Assembly: GCA_963662685.1 (NCBI GenBank)
Contig: OY759745.1
Location: 2,309,799 to 2,373,798 of the forward strand
Source of the DNA: Bacteroidales bacterium
GTDB taxonomy: Bacteria; Bacteroidota; Bacteroidia; Bacteroidales; VadinHA17
Direction of reading: 5' to 3'
DNA: 64,000 nucleotides
Below the pieces are notes generated by a model. It was not told the DNA's origin. It worked only from the letters and a program-made list of their open reading frames with translations, and searched no databases. The translations under genes and the position numbers were made by a program. Shown here piece by piece: positions 1 through 10,480 of the stretch. How positions within the stretch are numbered: position 1 is the first letter of the stretch; each line of letters opens with the position of its first letter.

Positions 1-624
1 GTCTTTGTAAGCCGAGATAACACTGTTTGGATTTCGCAGAGTTGTCTCTTTTATCATCCTGAAGAGGGTTTTCTCTTTCTCTCTTCCATCAATAACAAAG
101 GAGCCGTTGAATATTTTATGCCTGCAGTGTTCGGAGTTGACCTGTGAAAATCCAAATACCTCGCTATCGGTAAGTTTTCGTCCTATTTTTGAAGAGAGTT
201 CCTCAAGGTAAGCAATTTCTTCATCGTTCAGGGCCAGACCTTCCTGTTTGTTGTATGATATTATATCGTTTATATAGATTACCGGTTCCGGTTTTCTGTC
301 AATTGTGAAAATGTGCTGCCCCAGTCCTTTGTAATATGATTGCAGCATTGGATCCCATGACGGGTCTTCACCTGCGGGATAAAATTTCTCTATTCTGGTA
401 ATATTTTTCACACCCATGTTCTGTGTTATCTCTACAGCGTTTGTGCTCCATGGGGTTACCATCTCTTTTCTCGGACCAATGAAGTTCCCCTCCACGGTTT
501 CTGCTCCCATAAACGAAGCTTCTCCGAAAAGCCATTTAAGTTTCTCTATATCGTTAATCACGGGTTGCGAGTAAATACCTACCGCATATATGCTTTCTTC
601 CTTGTCTTTAAAAAAGAGAATCAT
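1..624 (-). CDS. purL: Phosphoribosylformylglycinamidine (FGAM) synthase, N-terminal part. The gene continues past the window start.
   Basis: My own minus-strand translation from the ATG (complement of 622-624) gives MILFFKDKEESIYAVGIYSQ...SEVFGFSQVNSEHCRHKIFNGSFVIDG. FSQxNSEHCRHKIF is the hallmark N-terminal motif of large PurL. The frame is open to position 1. It is absent from the ORF track because it is truncated. Confidence 0.85.
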   Translation of the reverse strand, partial: MILFFKDKEESIYAVGIYSQPVINDIEKLKWLFGEASFMGAETVEGNFIGPRKEMVTPWSTNAVEITQNMGVKNITRIEKFYPAGEDPSWDPMLQSYYKGLGQHIFTIDRKPEPVIYINDIISYNKQEGLALNDEEIAYLEELSSKIGRKLTDSEVFGFSQVNSEHCRHKIFNGSFVIDGREKEKTLFRMIKETTLRNPNSVISAYKD

Positions 625-671
625 GCTTTTTTATTTATTATTGATTGATAATATAAATGTTAAATATAAGT

Positions 672-1931
672 TCATTTTCGTTCATGTTTATATCTGAAGA
701 TTATGGCGAAGAGAATTGTAACTACCAAAGCGTAACCGGCGAAAATATACCATGCCGAACTCCATCCCGATTCCTGGGACGTGATTTCACTTTGTGAGTA
801 GACCAGTTTGTTGACTACAAATTGAGCCCCAAGGGTCCCTATTGTCGCTCCAAATCCATTGGTCATAAGCATAAAAAGTCCCTGAGCGCTTGACCGTATT
901 GATTCGTCTGTTTCATTGTTAACAAACAGGGAGCCTGATATGTTGAAGAAGTCGAAAGCTACTCCGTAGACAATCATCGACAATATAAACATCCATGCTT
1001 CGCTGCCTGGATTTCCGGCACCGAAGAGTCCGAACCGGAATACCCATGCCACCATTGCTATAAGCATAACTTTTTTAATACCGAACTTTCGCAGGAAGAA
1101 CGGAATGAGAAGAATGCAAAGGGTCTCAGATATCTGCGAGAGAGATATCAGCGCGTTGGCGTGGTTGGCGCCAAAAGTGTCGGCATACGCCGGAATGTCT
1201 TTAAAGCTTGTAATAAAAGGGTTGGCGAAACCATTGGTTATCTGCAAAGAGACCCCCAGTAACATAGAGAAGATAAAGAAAACGGCCATCTTCTTTTCCT
1301 TGAAAAGGGTAAAGGCTCTAAGCCCCATGGCATCAACGAACGATTTTGTATCCTTATATCTGTTTACCCGGCATTTGGGAAGGGTGAAAGCATATAAAGC
1401 CAACGCTACCCCTATAGACGCCGATAGAATAAACTGGGAAAAATTATATTGAAAACCGGTAGCATCTACTACCAGCATCGCGCAAATAAAACCTATGGTA
1501 CCGAAGATTCTGATAGGAGGGAAGTCCTTTATCGGGTCCATCCCGGCACCTTCAAGTGAGGAGTAGGCCACGGAATTGGATAAAGCTATCGTTGGCATAT
1601 AGAACATGACACTCAAAGAATAGAGAGTGAAAAGCCTGCCAAACTCAACACTGTCACCGGCAGCTAATCCATATGAACCCGCAGCGAACATAAAGATCGC
1701 CGCAACGCCATGACAAATTCCAAGCATCTTTTGTGCCGGTACCCAACGGTCGGCTACAATACCTATCAATGCCGGCATGAACAGGGAGACTATTCCCTGC
1801 ATCGCGTAGAACAGACCAATGTTGGACGACATGTTCACGGAGACCAGACAAGATCCCATTGATGTAAGATAAGCTCCCCATACGGCAAACTGGAGGAAAT
1901 TCATTACTATTAGTCTGATCTTTAGGTTCAT
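672..1931 (-). CDS. nupG: Nucleoside:H+ symporter, MFS NupG/XapB family
   Basis: From the internal Met (MNLKIRLIVMNFLQFAVWGAYLTSMG...) the protein is collinear with E. coli NupG along its length (DFPPIRIFGTIGF, FFIFSMLLG, ISQISETL, YGVAFDFFNISGS, SAQGLFMLMTNGFG). The 29-codon upstream extension in the track overlaps the neighbouring gene and was trimmed. Confidence 0.9.
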   Translation of the reverse strand: MNLKIRLIVMNFLQFAVWGAYLTSMGSCLVSVNMSSNIGLFYAMQGIVSLFMPALIGIVADRWVPAQKMLGICHGVAAIFMFAAGSYGLAAGDSVEFGRLFTLYSLSVMFYMPTIALSNSVAYSSLEGAGMDPIKDFPPIRIFGTIGFICAMLVVDATGFQYNFSQFILSASIGVALALYAFTLPKCRVNRYKDTKSFVDAMGLRAFTLFKEKKMAVFFIFSMLLGVSLQITNGFANPFITSFKDIPAYADTFGANHANALISLSQISETLCILLIPFFLRKFGIKKVMLIAMVAWVFRFGLFGAGNPGSEAWMFILSMIVYGVAFDFFNISGSLFVNNETDESIRSSAQGLFMLMTNGFGATIGTLGAQFVVNKLVYSQSEITSQESGWSSAWYIFAGYALVVTILFAIIFRYKHERK

Positions 1932-1959
1932 GTCGTCAAATTGCTGAAATATGTGACAT

Positions 1960-3525
1960 TTATTCTTCACTATAAAGGCCATCCCTGGACAGCAGATGGT
2001 CAATATTCGCCAGGCCATAGACTACAACCGCGGTAACTGTTGCTGAATGTTCCTGGTATTCAGGTATGCTTTTATTGTAGGTATCCCTTTCGGTATGCCA
2101 TATCTCCTGGTAATTAAAGTTATATCCTTTATAGTCTGGTATGTCGAATGAAAGCGTCGGCACTCCGTTCATGGCGAAATAGGCATGATCCGATCCGCTG
2201 GCGGTCGTTGGCTTTGGCCTTGCTTCTCTTTCTCGTTCCTTGAGTGTGAACGGAAAATCCGGATTTATCCGGTTAAGAGGTTCGCATATTTTTTCGAAAT
2301 CCTTTAGCATAGATGGAGGAACCGTCAGTCCTGTCGCCACGGTAGGACCACTGTCCCTGTTGAAATAATTACTGATCCTTGGAAGATCGCTTTTATGGTT
2401 TTCAACCCATTTTTTTGATCCCCAGAGACCAAATTCCTCAGCCGTCCATAAACAGACAAGTATAGTTCTTTTGGGTTTGCCTCCTGCTTCCATGATAAGT
2501 CTTGCCGCCTCCATGGTTGGAGAAACCCCTGAACCATCGTCAACGCCGCCTGTAGCCACGTCATATGAATCCAGATGACCTCCCATCATCACATACTGAT
2601 CAGGATATTTGCTGCCCTTGATGACACCAATCAGGTTATATAGCTTTACTGGACCCATCCTGAAATGATTACGGATGTCGAACTCCAACTGGAAATAACG
2701 GTGCTCCCTGACCAGTTGTTCTATGATCTCGTATTGATGTTCATCGAGTTTAATGTCGGGAACAGACGGCAGGTTGTCAAATGACATCTTTTCAATGTTT
2801 TTCCTGTCGTATAACGCACGGATAGGAACCGCCGATGATTGAATTATTCCCAGTATACCGGCTTCTACCATCTCTTTATAAAATAGTGCGGGCTCTTCTT
2901 TCAACGGGAGTATCTCGCCTTCTTCCGGTGTAGTGCCGGCATCGCGGTGAGCCTGTCTGATCTCATTGTTACTTTTTGTTATAGCTATGTTTTCTTCGAT
3001 GATGGAGGCACGTATCGAATCGCCTGTAGCCGACCAGTCTATTGGCCAGCCTGTATTAGTTCCGGATATAAGTACCCATGCCCCGTTGAGTGCTCCTTTC
3101 ATCCTCTCGAACTCCTCCCTGGTTTTTGGTTCTATGAGTACAGTGCCTCTCTGCGCACCTTTAGTTCCGGAAGTATAGGAAGGTGTAGCGAAATGTAGTG
3201 ACATCCCGTTTTGATCATCGAGTAACCTACCGGACCACGGACCCCTGTTAAATCCTACGGGAAGTTCCGTTACCTCTTCTCTGTATGTCTCCATGCCCCA
3301 GCTCCTGAACTGTGAATCGCACCAGTCATAAGCGTTATCCAGGGCATCAGATCCTGCTATCCTCCCTCCGAATCTGTTGGAGATAACATCAAGATGGTTC
3401 ATTGAGCGGTTATCCGTTTGTCCTGTCTCTATGATTTTATCAATAACTTTTGATTCCTGGGAGACTAATATGGAAGAATGAAACAGGATAAGAAGCAGTC
3501 CCGTTATGAGGGTTTTGACTTTCAT
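1960..3525 (-). CDS. M28 family metallo-aminopeptidase with PA-type insert, secreted
   Basis: The start was chosen at MKVKTLITGLLLILFHSSILVSQ, a signal peptide. M28 zinc-ligand context is present: GGHLDSYDVATGGVDDGSG and WTAEEFGLWGS. Confidence 0.8.
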   Translation of the reverse strand: MKVKTLITGLLLILFHSSILVSQESKVIDKIIETGQTDNRSMNHLDVISNRFGGRIAGSDALDNAYDWCDSQFRSWGMETYREEVTELPVGFNRGPWSGRLLDDQNGMSLHFATPSYTSGTKGAQRGTVLIEPKTREEFERMKGALNGAWVLISGTNTGWPIDWSATGDSIRASIIEENIAITKSNNEIRQAHRDAGTTPEEGEILPLKEEPALFYKEMVEAGILGIIQSSAVPIRALYDRKNIEKMSFDNLPSVPDIKLDEHQYEIIEQLVREHRYFQLEFDIRNHFRMGPVKLYNLIGVIKGSKYPDQYVMMGGHLDSYDVATGGVDDGSGVSPTMEAARLIMEAGGKPKRTILVCLWTAEEFGLWGSKKWVENHKSDLPRISNYFNRDSGPTVATGLTVPPSMLKDFEKICEPLNRINPDFPFTLKEREREARPKPTTASGSDHAYFAMNGVPTLSFDIPDYKGYNFNYQEIWHTERDTYNKSIPEYQEHSATVTAVVVYGLANIDHLLSRDGLYSEE

Positions 3526-3620
3526 CTGACAATTACTAATAGAGTTTAAGAATCTTAATTTTCTGGAGTAATAATAACTCTGATTCAAGGTCATAAAGGT
3601 AATAAATATTGCCGACTACA

Positions 3621-5933
3621 TTACAACTTTGTCAACCTGGCGAAACGAAGTAGTAGTTTTTTGCTCCCAGCCTCTTTAAAATCAACTGTCGCCTTATTGT
3701 TGGGGGCTTCTCCTTCAATGGAGAGTACAACACCTTTGCCAAATCTTTCATGCTCTACTTTATCGCCAGGGGATAAGATTGTATCTCCGAAACCCGTAGT
3801 TCCGCCTGTGGCTTTTTGAGGAGAAATCTTCTTCAGATTCTTCCTTTTGGGTATCTCTATTGCCGGTTGGTTTAACGGCTTTCCGCTGGTTATGTAGGAG
3901 CTTTTCTTTTTTTCTGTCTTTCCCCATTGCTCCCGGCCAGGTACGGAGTGTTTTTCTCTTTCTCCGGATTGTGGATAGCATAACAGCCCTTTGTCCAGTT
4001 CCTTAAGAAACCGGCTGGGACGGCTGAATTCCAGGTTCCCCCACTTGTACCTGTTCATGGCGTAACTGATGGTAACCTGTTTTTCCGCCCTTGTCAGCGC
4101 AACATAAAATAGACGGCGTTCCTCTTCCAGTTCTTTCACTGAATCCACCGACATCGGAGAGGGGAATAGAGTGTCTTCAAAACCTACAATATATACCTGC
4201 TTAAACTCCAGGCCCTTGGCCGAATGGATAGTCATAAGCGTCACTTTATCGGAATCACCCTCCTTTTCATTATCCTGATCGGTCAGTAACGCCACTCCTT
4301 CCATATAGTCACCCAGAAATGAAGGATCCCCGTTTGTAACAGCTTCTTCCGTAAATATTTTGATGCCGTTCAAAAGCTCTTCAATATTATCGATTCGGTT
4401 GAGATCTTCTATTTCCCTGCTCTCTTTCAATTCTCGTTTAATGCCCGATATATCAACTATCTCAACAGCTTTGGTATATGCCTCTTTTTCGTCCAGTCCC
4501 GTTGCGAGTTTATTTATCGTTTCCGCTAATTGATTTAATCTGGAAATAGTACCGTTGCTGAAATAGGAGTGGTACATATGCGCCTTGGTGATACTATCCC
4601 ACAACGTTGAATTGTTTTGTTTGGAAATTTCAAGGAGCCTGTTTACCGTTGTATCTCCAATGCCCCTTTTGGGATAATTTATGATCCTTCTCAGGGCTTC
4701 CTCGTCGTTGTGGTTTATAACCACCCTGAAATAGGCCAGAACATTCCGGATCTCTTTTCTGTCGTAAAAAGACTGTCCTCCATATATCTTATACGGAATG
4801 TTTTTCTTTCTTAATGTCTCCTCGAAAATACGGCTTTGAGCGTTGGTGCGGTAAAGAATAGCGAAATCGTGCCAGTCAAGGTCGCTTGCTTTCTTCTTGC
4901 TGTTTATGTCTGAGGAGACTATTATCCCTTCCTCTATATCTGTTATCGCCTGTAATATGGAAATCTTGTCCCCGCATTCGTTTTTTGAATATACAGTTTT
5001 CTGTATCTGATCTATATTATTAGAGATAACCCTGTTAGCAGCGTTGACTATAGTTTGTGTGGACCTGTAGTTTTGTTCAAGTTTAAAAATCTTGTGTTCG
5101 GGGTAATCTTTTTTAAAGTTCAGTATATTCTCTATACGGGCCCCCCTGAAGGAGTATATGCTCTGGGCATCGTCACCAACAACGCACAGATTGTTGTGCT
5201 TAGCCGCTAATTTGTTGACTATGAGATATTGTGAGTAATTGGTATCCTGGTATTCGTCAACGAGTATATATCCGAATCTTTGCTGATAAGATTCAAGCAC
5301 TGCCGGGAAATCTCTGAACAATATGTTCGTGTTCAGCAAAAGATCATCAAAATCCATTGTGTTGGATCTGAAACATCTTTCCTGGTATGTTTTGTATATC
5401 TCGCGGAAAAGAGGAATCCTGTTGGCTTTGTCGCTTTCCACATAGTTATTGTCAGTTTCGTACCTGTTAGCGGTAATGAGATTGTTCTTGGCGGAGGAGA
5501 TACGTGAAGCTATCGCTCCAGGTCTATATACCTTATCGTCGAGTTGCATATCCTTGATGATGCTCCTGACAAGGCTTTTTGAGTCGGATGCGTCGTATAT
5601 CGTGAAATTGGATTGGTATCCGAGTTTTTCTCCTTCAAGACGTAAAATACGGGCGAAAATGGAGTGAAATGTACCCATCCACAGATACCTGGCTGTCTCT
5701 GTTCCCGCGATCCCGGCAATTCTACCCTTCATCTCGCCGGCTGCTTTGTTAGTAAAGGTAAGGGCCAGGATGTTTCCCGGTTTGATTCCGCATTTTAGCA
5801 GGTAGGCTATACGATAGGTGAGAACCCGGGTTTTTCCGGATCCGGCTCCGGCAATTACCAGAACAGGACCGTCAATGGCTGTAACTGCTTGCTGTTGAGT
5901 TTCGTTTAGGTCGGCTAAAAAATCAATGTCCAT
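3621..5933 (-). CDS. ATP-dependent DNA helicase, UvrD/PcrA/Rep family (SF1)
   Basis: Walker A AGAGSGKTRVLTYRIAYL, motif II VDEYQDTN, TIHSAKGLEF and YVALTRAEK. The C-terminal KVEHERFGKGVV segment looks like a Tudor-like tail. Confidence 0.92.
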   Translation of the reverse strand: MDIDFLADLNETQQQAVTAIDGPVLVIAGAGSGKTRVLTYRIAYLLKCGIKPGNILALTFTNKAAGEMKGRIAGIAGTETARYLWMGTFHSIFARILRLEGEKLGYQSNFTIYDASDSKSLVRSIIKDMQLDDKVYRPGAIASRISSAKNNLITANRYETDNNYVESDKANRIPLFREIYKTYQERCFRSNTMDFDDLLLNTNILFRDFPAVLESYQQRFGYILVDEYQDTNYSQYLIVNKLAAKHNNLCVVGDDAQSIYSFRGARIENILNFKKDYPEHKIFKLEQNYRSTQTIVNAANRVISNNIDQIQKTVYSKNECGDKISILQAITDIEEGIIVSSDINSKKKASDLDWHDFAILYRTNAQSRIFEETLRKKNIPYKIYGGQSFYDRKEIRNVLAYFRVVINHNDEEALRRIINYPKRGIGDTTVNRLLEISKQNNSTLWDSITKAHMYHSYFSNGTISRLNQLAETINKLATGLDEKEAYTKAVEIVDISGIKRELKESREIEDLNRIDNIEELLNGIKIFTEEAVTNGDPSFLGDYMEGVALLTDQDNEKEGDSDKVTLMTIHSAKGLEFKQVYIVGFEDTLFPSPMSVDSVKELEEERRLFYVALTRAEKQVTISYAMNRYKWGNLEFSRPSRFLKELDKGLLCYPQSGEREKHSVPGREQWGKTEKKKSSYITSGKPLNQPAIEIPKRKNLKKISPQKATGGTTGFGDTILSPGDKVEHERFGKGVVLSIEGEAPNNKATVDFKEAGSKKLLLRFARLTKL

Positions 5934-6164
5934 GGGATTTACTTACGGCTTGCTTATCCGGCAAATTTAATCCATATATTCACCATATTATACCGCTATA
6001 ACTTATAGTTTTTAACAATCAGTGGATTTAATAAAAACCTGTGGAGAATAGTCATACTACGGACCGCGGCTGTTTCGTTATCAAACTAAGTGCCCGTTTT
6101 GATTTTTTTGCTAACATTGTGGTCTGTTAATACGAATAACCTGAACTGTCCGTTATTATAGATT

Positions 6165-7391
6165 ATGAGGAGAACCCTGGTTCCGTTTTTTATCATTTGT
6201 TTGGGGATGCCTATATCCCTTTGTGCCCAGATACTGGCACCTGGTGCGGATGCCGTGAGATTTTCCCGGTATAGTGCATCAACGGAAAAAGATCCCATTT
6301 TTATATTTTGCAATTCCTTGGGCTATGTTACTGGTACACTGGTAGCTCAGGATGATGCGGGACATGTTATAAATGATTTTAACTGGTATAAGTGGGACGA
6401 AGAGACAAACAGTTTCAGTGTCTATGTAAAGAGTGAGTATTCAGTAAACACCTCTACACTTGATAATGTTGATGAAGGAGGCTACAGGGTTGAGGTTTCA
6501 AACGTTTCAGGTAGTTCAGTGTTTACCTGTTGGGTTTTTATCGATAAGCCGTATGCTTTGGCCAAACTGATGAATAATGGTTGCGATTACGTGGCACTGG
6601 ACGGAACAGCGGCAGTTGATACATTCTATTATTATGATCCATTATCGGGCGACAAGATAGATCTTCCCAACGCTGTCAGGCATCTTTGGTCGTCTGCTCC
6701 TCAAAGTTCAATACCATATCCTGATCTGAGGATAGATCCTTACACTTTTGACCCGCCCCTTGATGATGTAACTTATAAGCTTGTTGTTACAGATAGTATG
6801 ACTTGTGTTGGTGAATCCTCTTTTTATTACGAGTCCATCCATGTAAAAGCCGGCTTATCTGCTGATGTGGAAGAGGGAGAGGCCCCGTTGGAAGTAAATT
6901 TATCTAACGAATCCATAAGAGGATATAACTATACCTGGGATTTCGGCGATGATACGGAGAATTCCTCACTGGAGGTTCCGGAAACACATATTTTTTATCG
7001 TCCCGGGAGTTATACCGTAACCCTGAATATTGAAAGCGAATTACTCTGTGAAGATTCTGATAGCCTTGTTATTACAGTAACACCTTCGTTGCTCTCGATA
7101 CCAAATGCCTTTACTCCAAATGAAGACGGATATAACGACAGGTTTCTTGTTGATAAGCAATCACTCAGATACCTGAATATTCAGATTTTCAGTAATACAG
7201 GGGTAAAGGTTTATGGCTTTGCCGGTGATACGGAGAGCATTCAAAGCTGGGAGGGGTGGGATGGTAATATCAACAATTCAAACCGTAAAGCTGGTCCCGG
7301 TGTTTACTACTACATCATTAATGCTATAGGATGGGATGATGAGAGATACAATGGAAAAGAGTACCGGGGGTTCTTATACCTTTATCGCTGA
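6165..7391 (+). CDS. Secreted PKD-domain protein with T9SS type-B (gliding-motility C-terminal, CHU_C) sorting domain
   Basis: N-terminal signal peptide. A PKD-like YTWDFGDD...GSYTVTLNI motif is present. The C-terminal IPNAFTPNEDGYNDRF motif is typical of T9SS type-B sorting domains. Confidence 0.8.
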   Translation: MRRTLVPFFIICLGMPISLCAQILAPGADAVRFSRYSASTEKDPIFIFCNSLGYVTGTLVAQDDAGHVINDFNWYKWDEETNSFSVYVKSEYSVNTSTLDNVDEGGYRVEVSNVSGSSVFTCWVFIDKPYALAKLMNNGCDYVALDGTAAVDTFYYYDPLSGDKIDLPNAVRHLWSSAPQSSIPYPDLRIDPYTFDPPLDDVTYKLVVTDSMTCVGESSFYYESIHVKAGLSADVEEGEAPLEVNLSNESIRGYNYTWDFGDDTENSSLEVPETHIFYRPGSYTVTLNIESELLCEDSDSLVITVTPSLLSIPNAFTPNEDGYNDRFLVDKQSLRYLNIQIFSNTGVKVYGFAGDTESIQSWEGWDGNINNSNRKAGPGVYYYIINAIGWDDERYNGKEYRGFLYLYR

Positions 7392-7592
7392 CGTTATTTT
7401 GAGTCCTCCTGCCTTGTGAACTTCAATTAATATTACGAATGAAAAAGCCATTTCATCAATAATCTGGATACATATCCGTTTTTTTAATTAACTTTGGTTA
7501 ATTGGTTTTATTATATTTTGTATCTTCGAAATCATATTTGGTACTTCATAATTCCTAAATAATGTAGGATGGTTCCTTAATAATTTGAAAAT

Positions 7593-7976
7593 ATGAAGCA
7601 AGAGATAATTATTGAAGAGACTAGGTTCACTCCTGCGGTATATTTTGAGCAGGATAATAAATTATTGGTAATAAGCGGACGGTCTATACCGGAAAATCCT
7701 GAGAAGATTTATGGCAAAATACAGGATTGGATAGAGAATTATCTTAATAATAATGATGATCTGGATATTGATATAAGGTTTGACTATCTCAACAGCGGCT
7801 CTTCAAAATATCTGTTTTACATAATTAAGCATCTCTCCTCATTACAAAAGAAGAATAAAAATATAAAAGTTGTGTGGTATTATGAGGAAGATGACGAGTC
7901 GATGCAGGAGTTGGGTGAATATATAAGCGCTGCTTTCGATATTCCCGTAAAGCTCGAAGTTTTTGAGGAAAATTGA
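7593..7976 (+). CDS. DUF1987 / SiaC-family protein (partner-switch phosphoprotein family)
   Basis: 127 aa. The pattern TPxVxF....L.ISGRSIPENP...Y..I.DW...Y...........F.YLNSGSSKYL......L.......K.I.V.WYYEEDDE matches my recollection of DUF1987. Confidence 0.65.
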   Translation: MKQEIIIEETRFTPAVYFEQDNKLLVISGRSIPENPEKIYGKIQDWIENYLNNNDDLDIDIRFDYLNSGSSKYLFYIIKHLSSLQKKNKNIKVVWYYEEDDESMQELGEYISAAFDIPVKLEVFEEN

Positions 7977-7996
7977 CAATAATAGGATAATACAAC

Positions 7997-8027
7997 AAAA
8001 AAGGTGGGATAAAAGCCCACCTTTTTT
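7997..8027. terminator. Bidirectional intrinsic terminator between the convergent DUF1987 and gap genes
   Basis: aaaaaaGGTGGGataaaagCCCACCtttttt: a 6-bp GC stem flanked by an A-run and a T-run. Confidence 0.75.
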
Positions 8028-8049
8028 AGTTTATGTATAGTCTATTTTA

Positions 8050-9081
<1,032 letters not shown>

Positions 9082-9120
9082 TCAGACGCGAATTTAGTTA
9101 AATTCGATCAATAAACAATA

Positions 9121-9939
9121 CTAATAGGCGGCAACTTCTTCTCTATTTCTTCTGAAAATATTAAAAAAGCCGCTTTTTTCCCTGGAGAGGGGATCAACAA
9201 TTACTCCTACCCTGTAACTGACAAATAATGAAAAAAATATTGCTTTGTTAATGTCGCCAGTCATTATGGGAATCTGTTTGGGAAAACCGCTGATCTGAGC
9301 GCCGATCTCTATGGCCTGGATAGATTTGTCAGCGATACTGTACTCAAAATTCAGACCGGTTTTGGCATAAACGCCCGGAAGTACCTTTATTTCGCTCAAT
9401 CCCTTGGTAAATGATGATTTACTATATATATCCTCAGGTGACTGTATGGACTCCTCAAATTTTTCTTCGGTTATGTCGATATAATAATTATCGGACCCGG
9501 GAGGTATATAGACGTTGGCGACTTTATAATAGACCGGTTTGTAAAGAGTAAGCGAGAGCCCACCGGTATAGAAATACCTGACCGCTATGCCTCCAAGATC
9601 CGCCTTTTTGAAAATCTCATGTTGTGCTCCGATTCCTCCACTTAGGTAAAACGCTGAATTAATTTTTCCGAAGATGTATGAGGAATTCACATAATAGCTG
9701 GTGGTTTTGAATTCTTTTGGGTGTTTGAAGGTGCCAAAATCAAACTCATAAAGCCTTTTATTCAGATAATCAATTCTTTTGCCTTCCCTGTATCCAAGTC
9801 CAAAGCCATCAGTGCGCAATGACAGGGAAAAAGATTTTTCGTTACGAAAAAAAACTTTTTCCTGATCATCGATCTCTCCCTGACCAGATAAAAATGTGGT
9901 AAATAAGACTGAAATAAATAACAGAAGCAACTTTTTCAT
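9121..9939 (-). CDS. Hypothetical secreted protein, possibly an outer-membrane beta-barrel
   Basis: Signal peptide MKKLLLLFISVLFTTFLSGQ and alternating aromatic/Gly-rich strands. I do not recognise the family. Confidence 0.6.
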   Translation of the reverse strand: MKKLLLLFISVLFTTFLSGQGEIDDQEKVFFRNEKSFSLSLRTDGFGLGYREGKRIDYLNKRLYEFDFGTFKHPKEFKTTSYYVNSSYIFGKINSAFYLSGGIGAQHEIFKKADLGGIAVRYFYTGGLSLTLYKPVYYKVANVYIPPGSDNYYIDITEEKFEESIQSPEDIYSKSSFTKGLSEIKVLPGVYAKTGLNFEYSIADKSIQAIEIGAQISGFPKQIPIMTGDINKAIFFSLFVSYRVGVIVDPLSREKSGFFNIFRRNREEVAAY

Positions 9940-10089
9940 CTGTTCAAAATTTTTTGATTTGACGCGAGTTCAAAAAATTTAAGTACAATCAGTAACTGAC
10001 ATAAATTTTAATATTATCCGGAATAATTAAAATTCATGTTCGTTTCATAATGTTGATTACAAAATAAAAAAGTGCCAGGAAGGCCTAAA

Positions 10090-10215
10090 CTAGGCGACAG
10101 TGCTAGACTGCTCGATATCAACGTTGCTATAAGCCGGACAGGCTTTTGTGTTGCATGAACTTACAGCAATAGCCGTCACGAAAATAACGATACAAATGAT
10201 AGCAATTCTCTTCAT
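10090..10215 (-). CDS. Unlisted 41-aa putative lipoprotein
   Basis: My own translation gives MKRIAIICIVIFVTAIAVSSCNTKACPAYSNVDIEQSSTVA*. It has a signal peptide with a lipobox (VSSC). An exact TAnnTTTG box lies 23 nt upstream on the same strand. It is below the 60-aa track cut-off. Confidence 0.5.
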   Translation of the reverse strand: MKRIAIICIVIFVTAIAVSSCNTKACPAYSNVDIEQSSTVA

Positions 10216-10238
10216 CTTTCCATTTTTTTATTGATTTA

Positions 10239-10246
10239 CAAAAATA
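10239..10246 (-). promoter_or_regulatory. Bacteroidota -7 promoter box (TATTTTTG on the minus strand) for the 41-aa lipoprotein ORF
   Basis: Exact match to TAnnTTTG, 23 nt upstream of the ATG at 10215. Confidence 0.45.
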
Positions 10247-10480
10247 GATTTTTCCTTGTAAAAACAATACTTTGGCACAAATAATTTTTAAAATTACCAA
10301 TAATTATAATCTTCCTTTAATACGATGTTTTGATTCTGTTTATTGCCTGTTAACATCAAATAGCGTAAATTTGTCGGTCCCGGGGATCTGTTGGTTACGG
10401 GATCAAACGGTTAGTCTGTTCTGTGTTTTATGTTACGATTTTTTTTATGGAACTTAAAAATAGAATAAATCAACTATAAT

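Noticed and set aside
672-2018. N-terminal extensions of track ORFs: nupG to 2018, M28 to 3594, yjbQ from 13430, Nudix to 26819, GH3 to 29216, ferredoxin to 44126, ldhA from 44441
   Set aside because: The extensions overlap neighbouring genes or terminator hairpins, or they precede an obvious signal peptide or a homology-supported start. Internal Met starts were therefore used.
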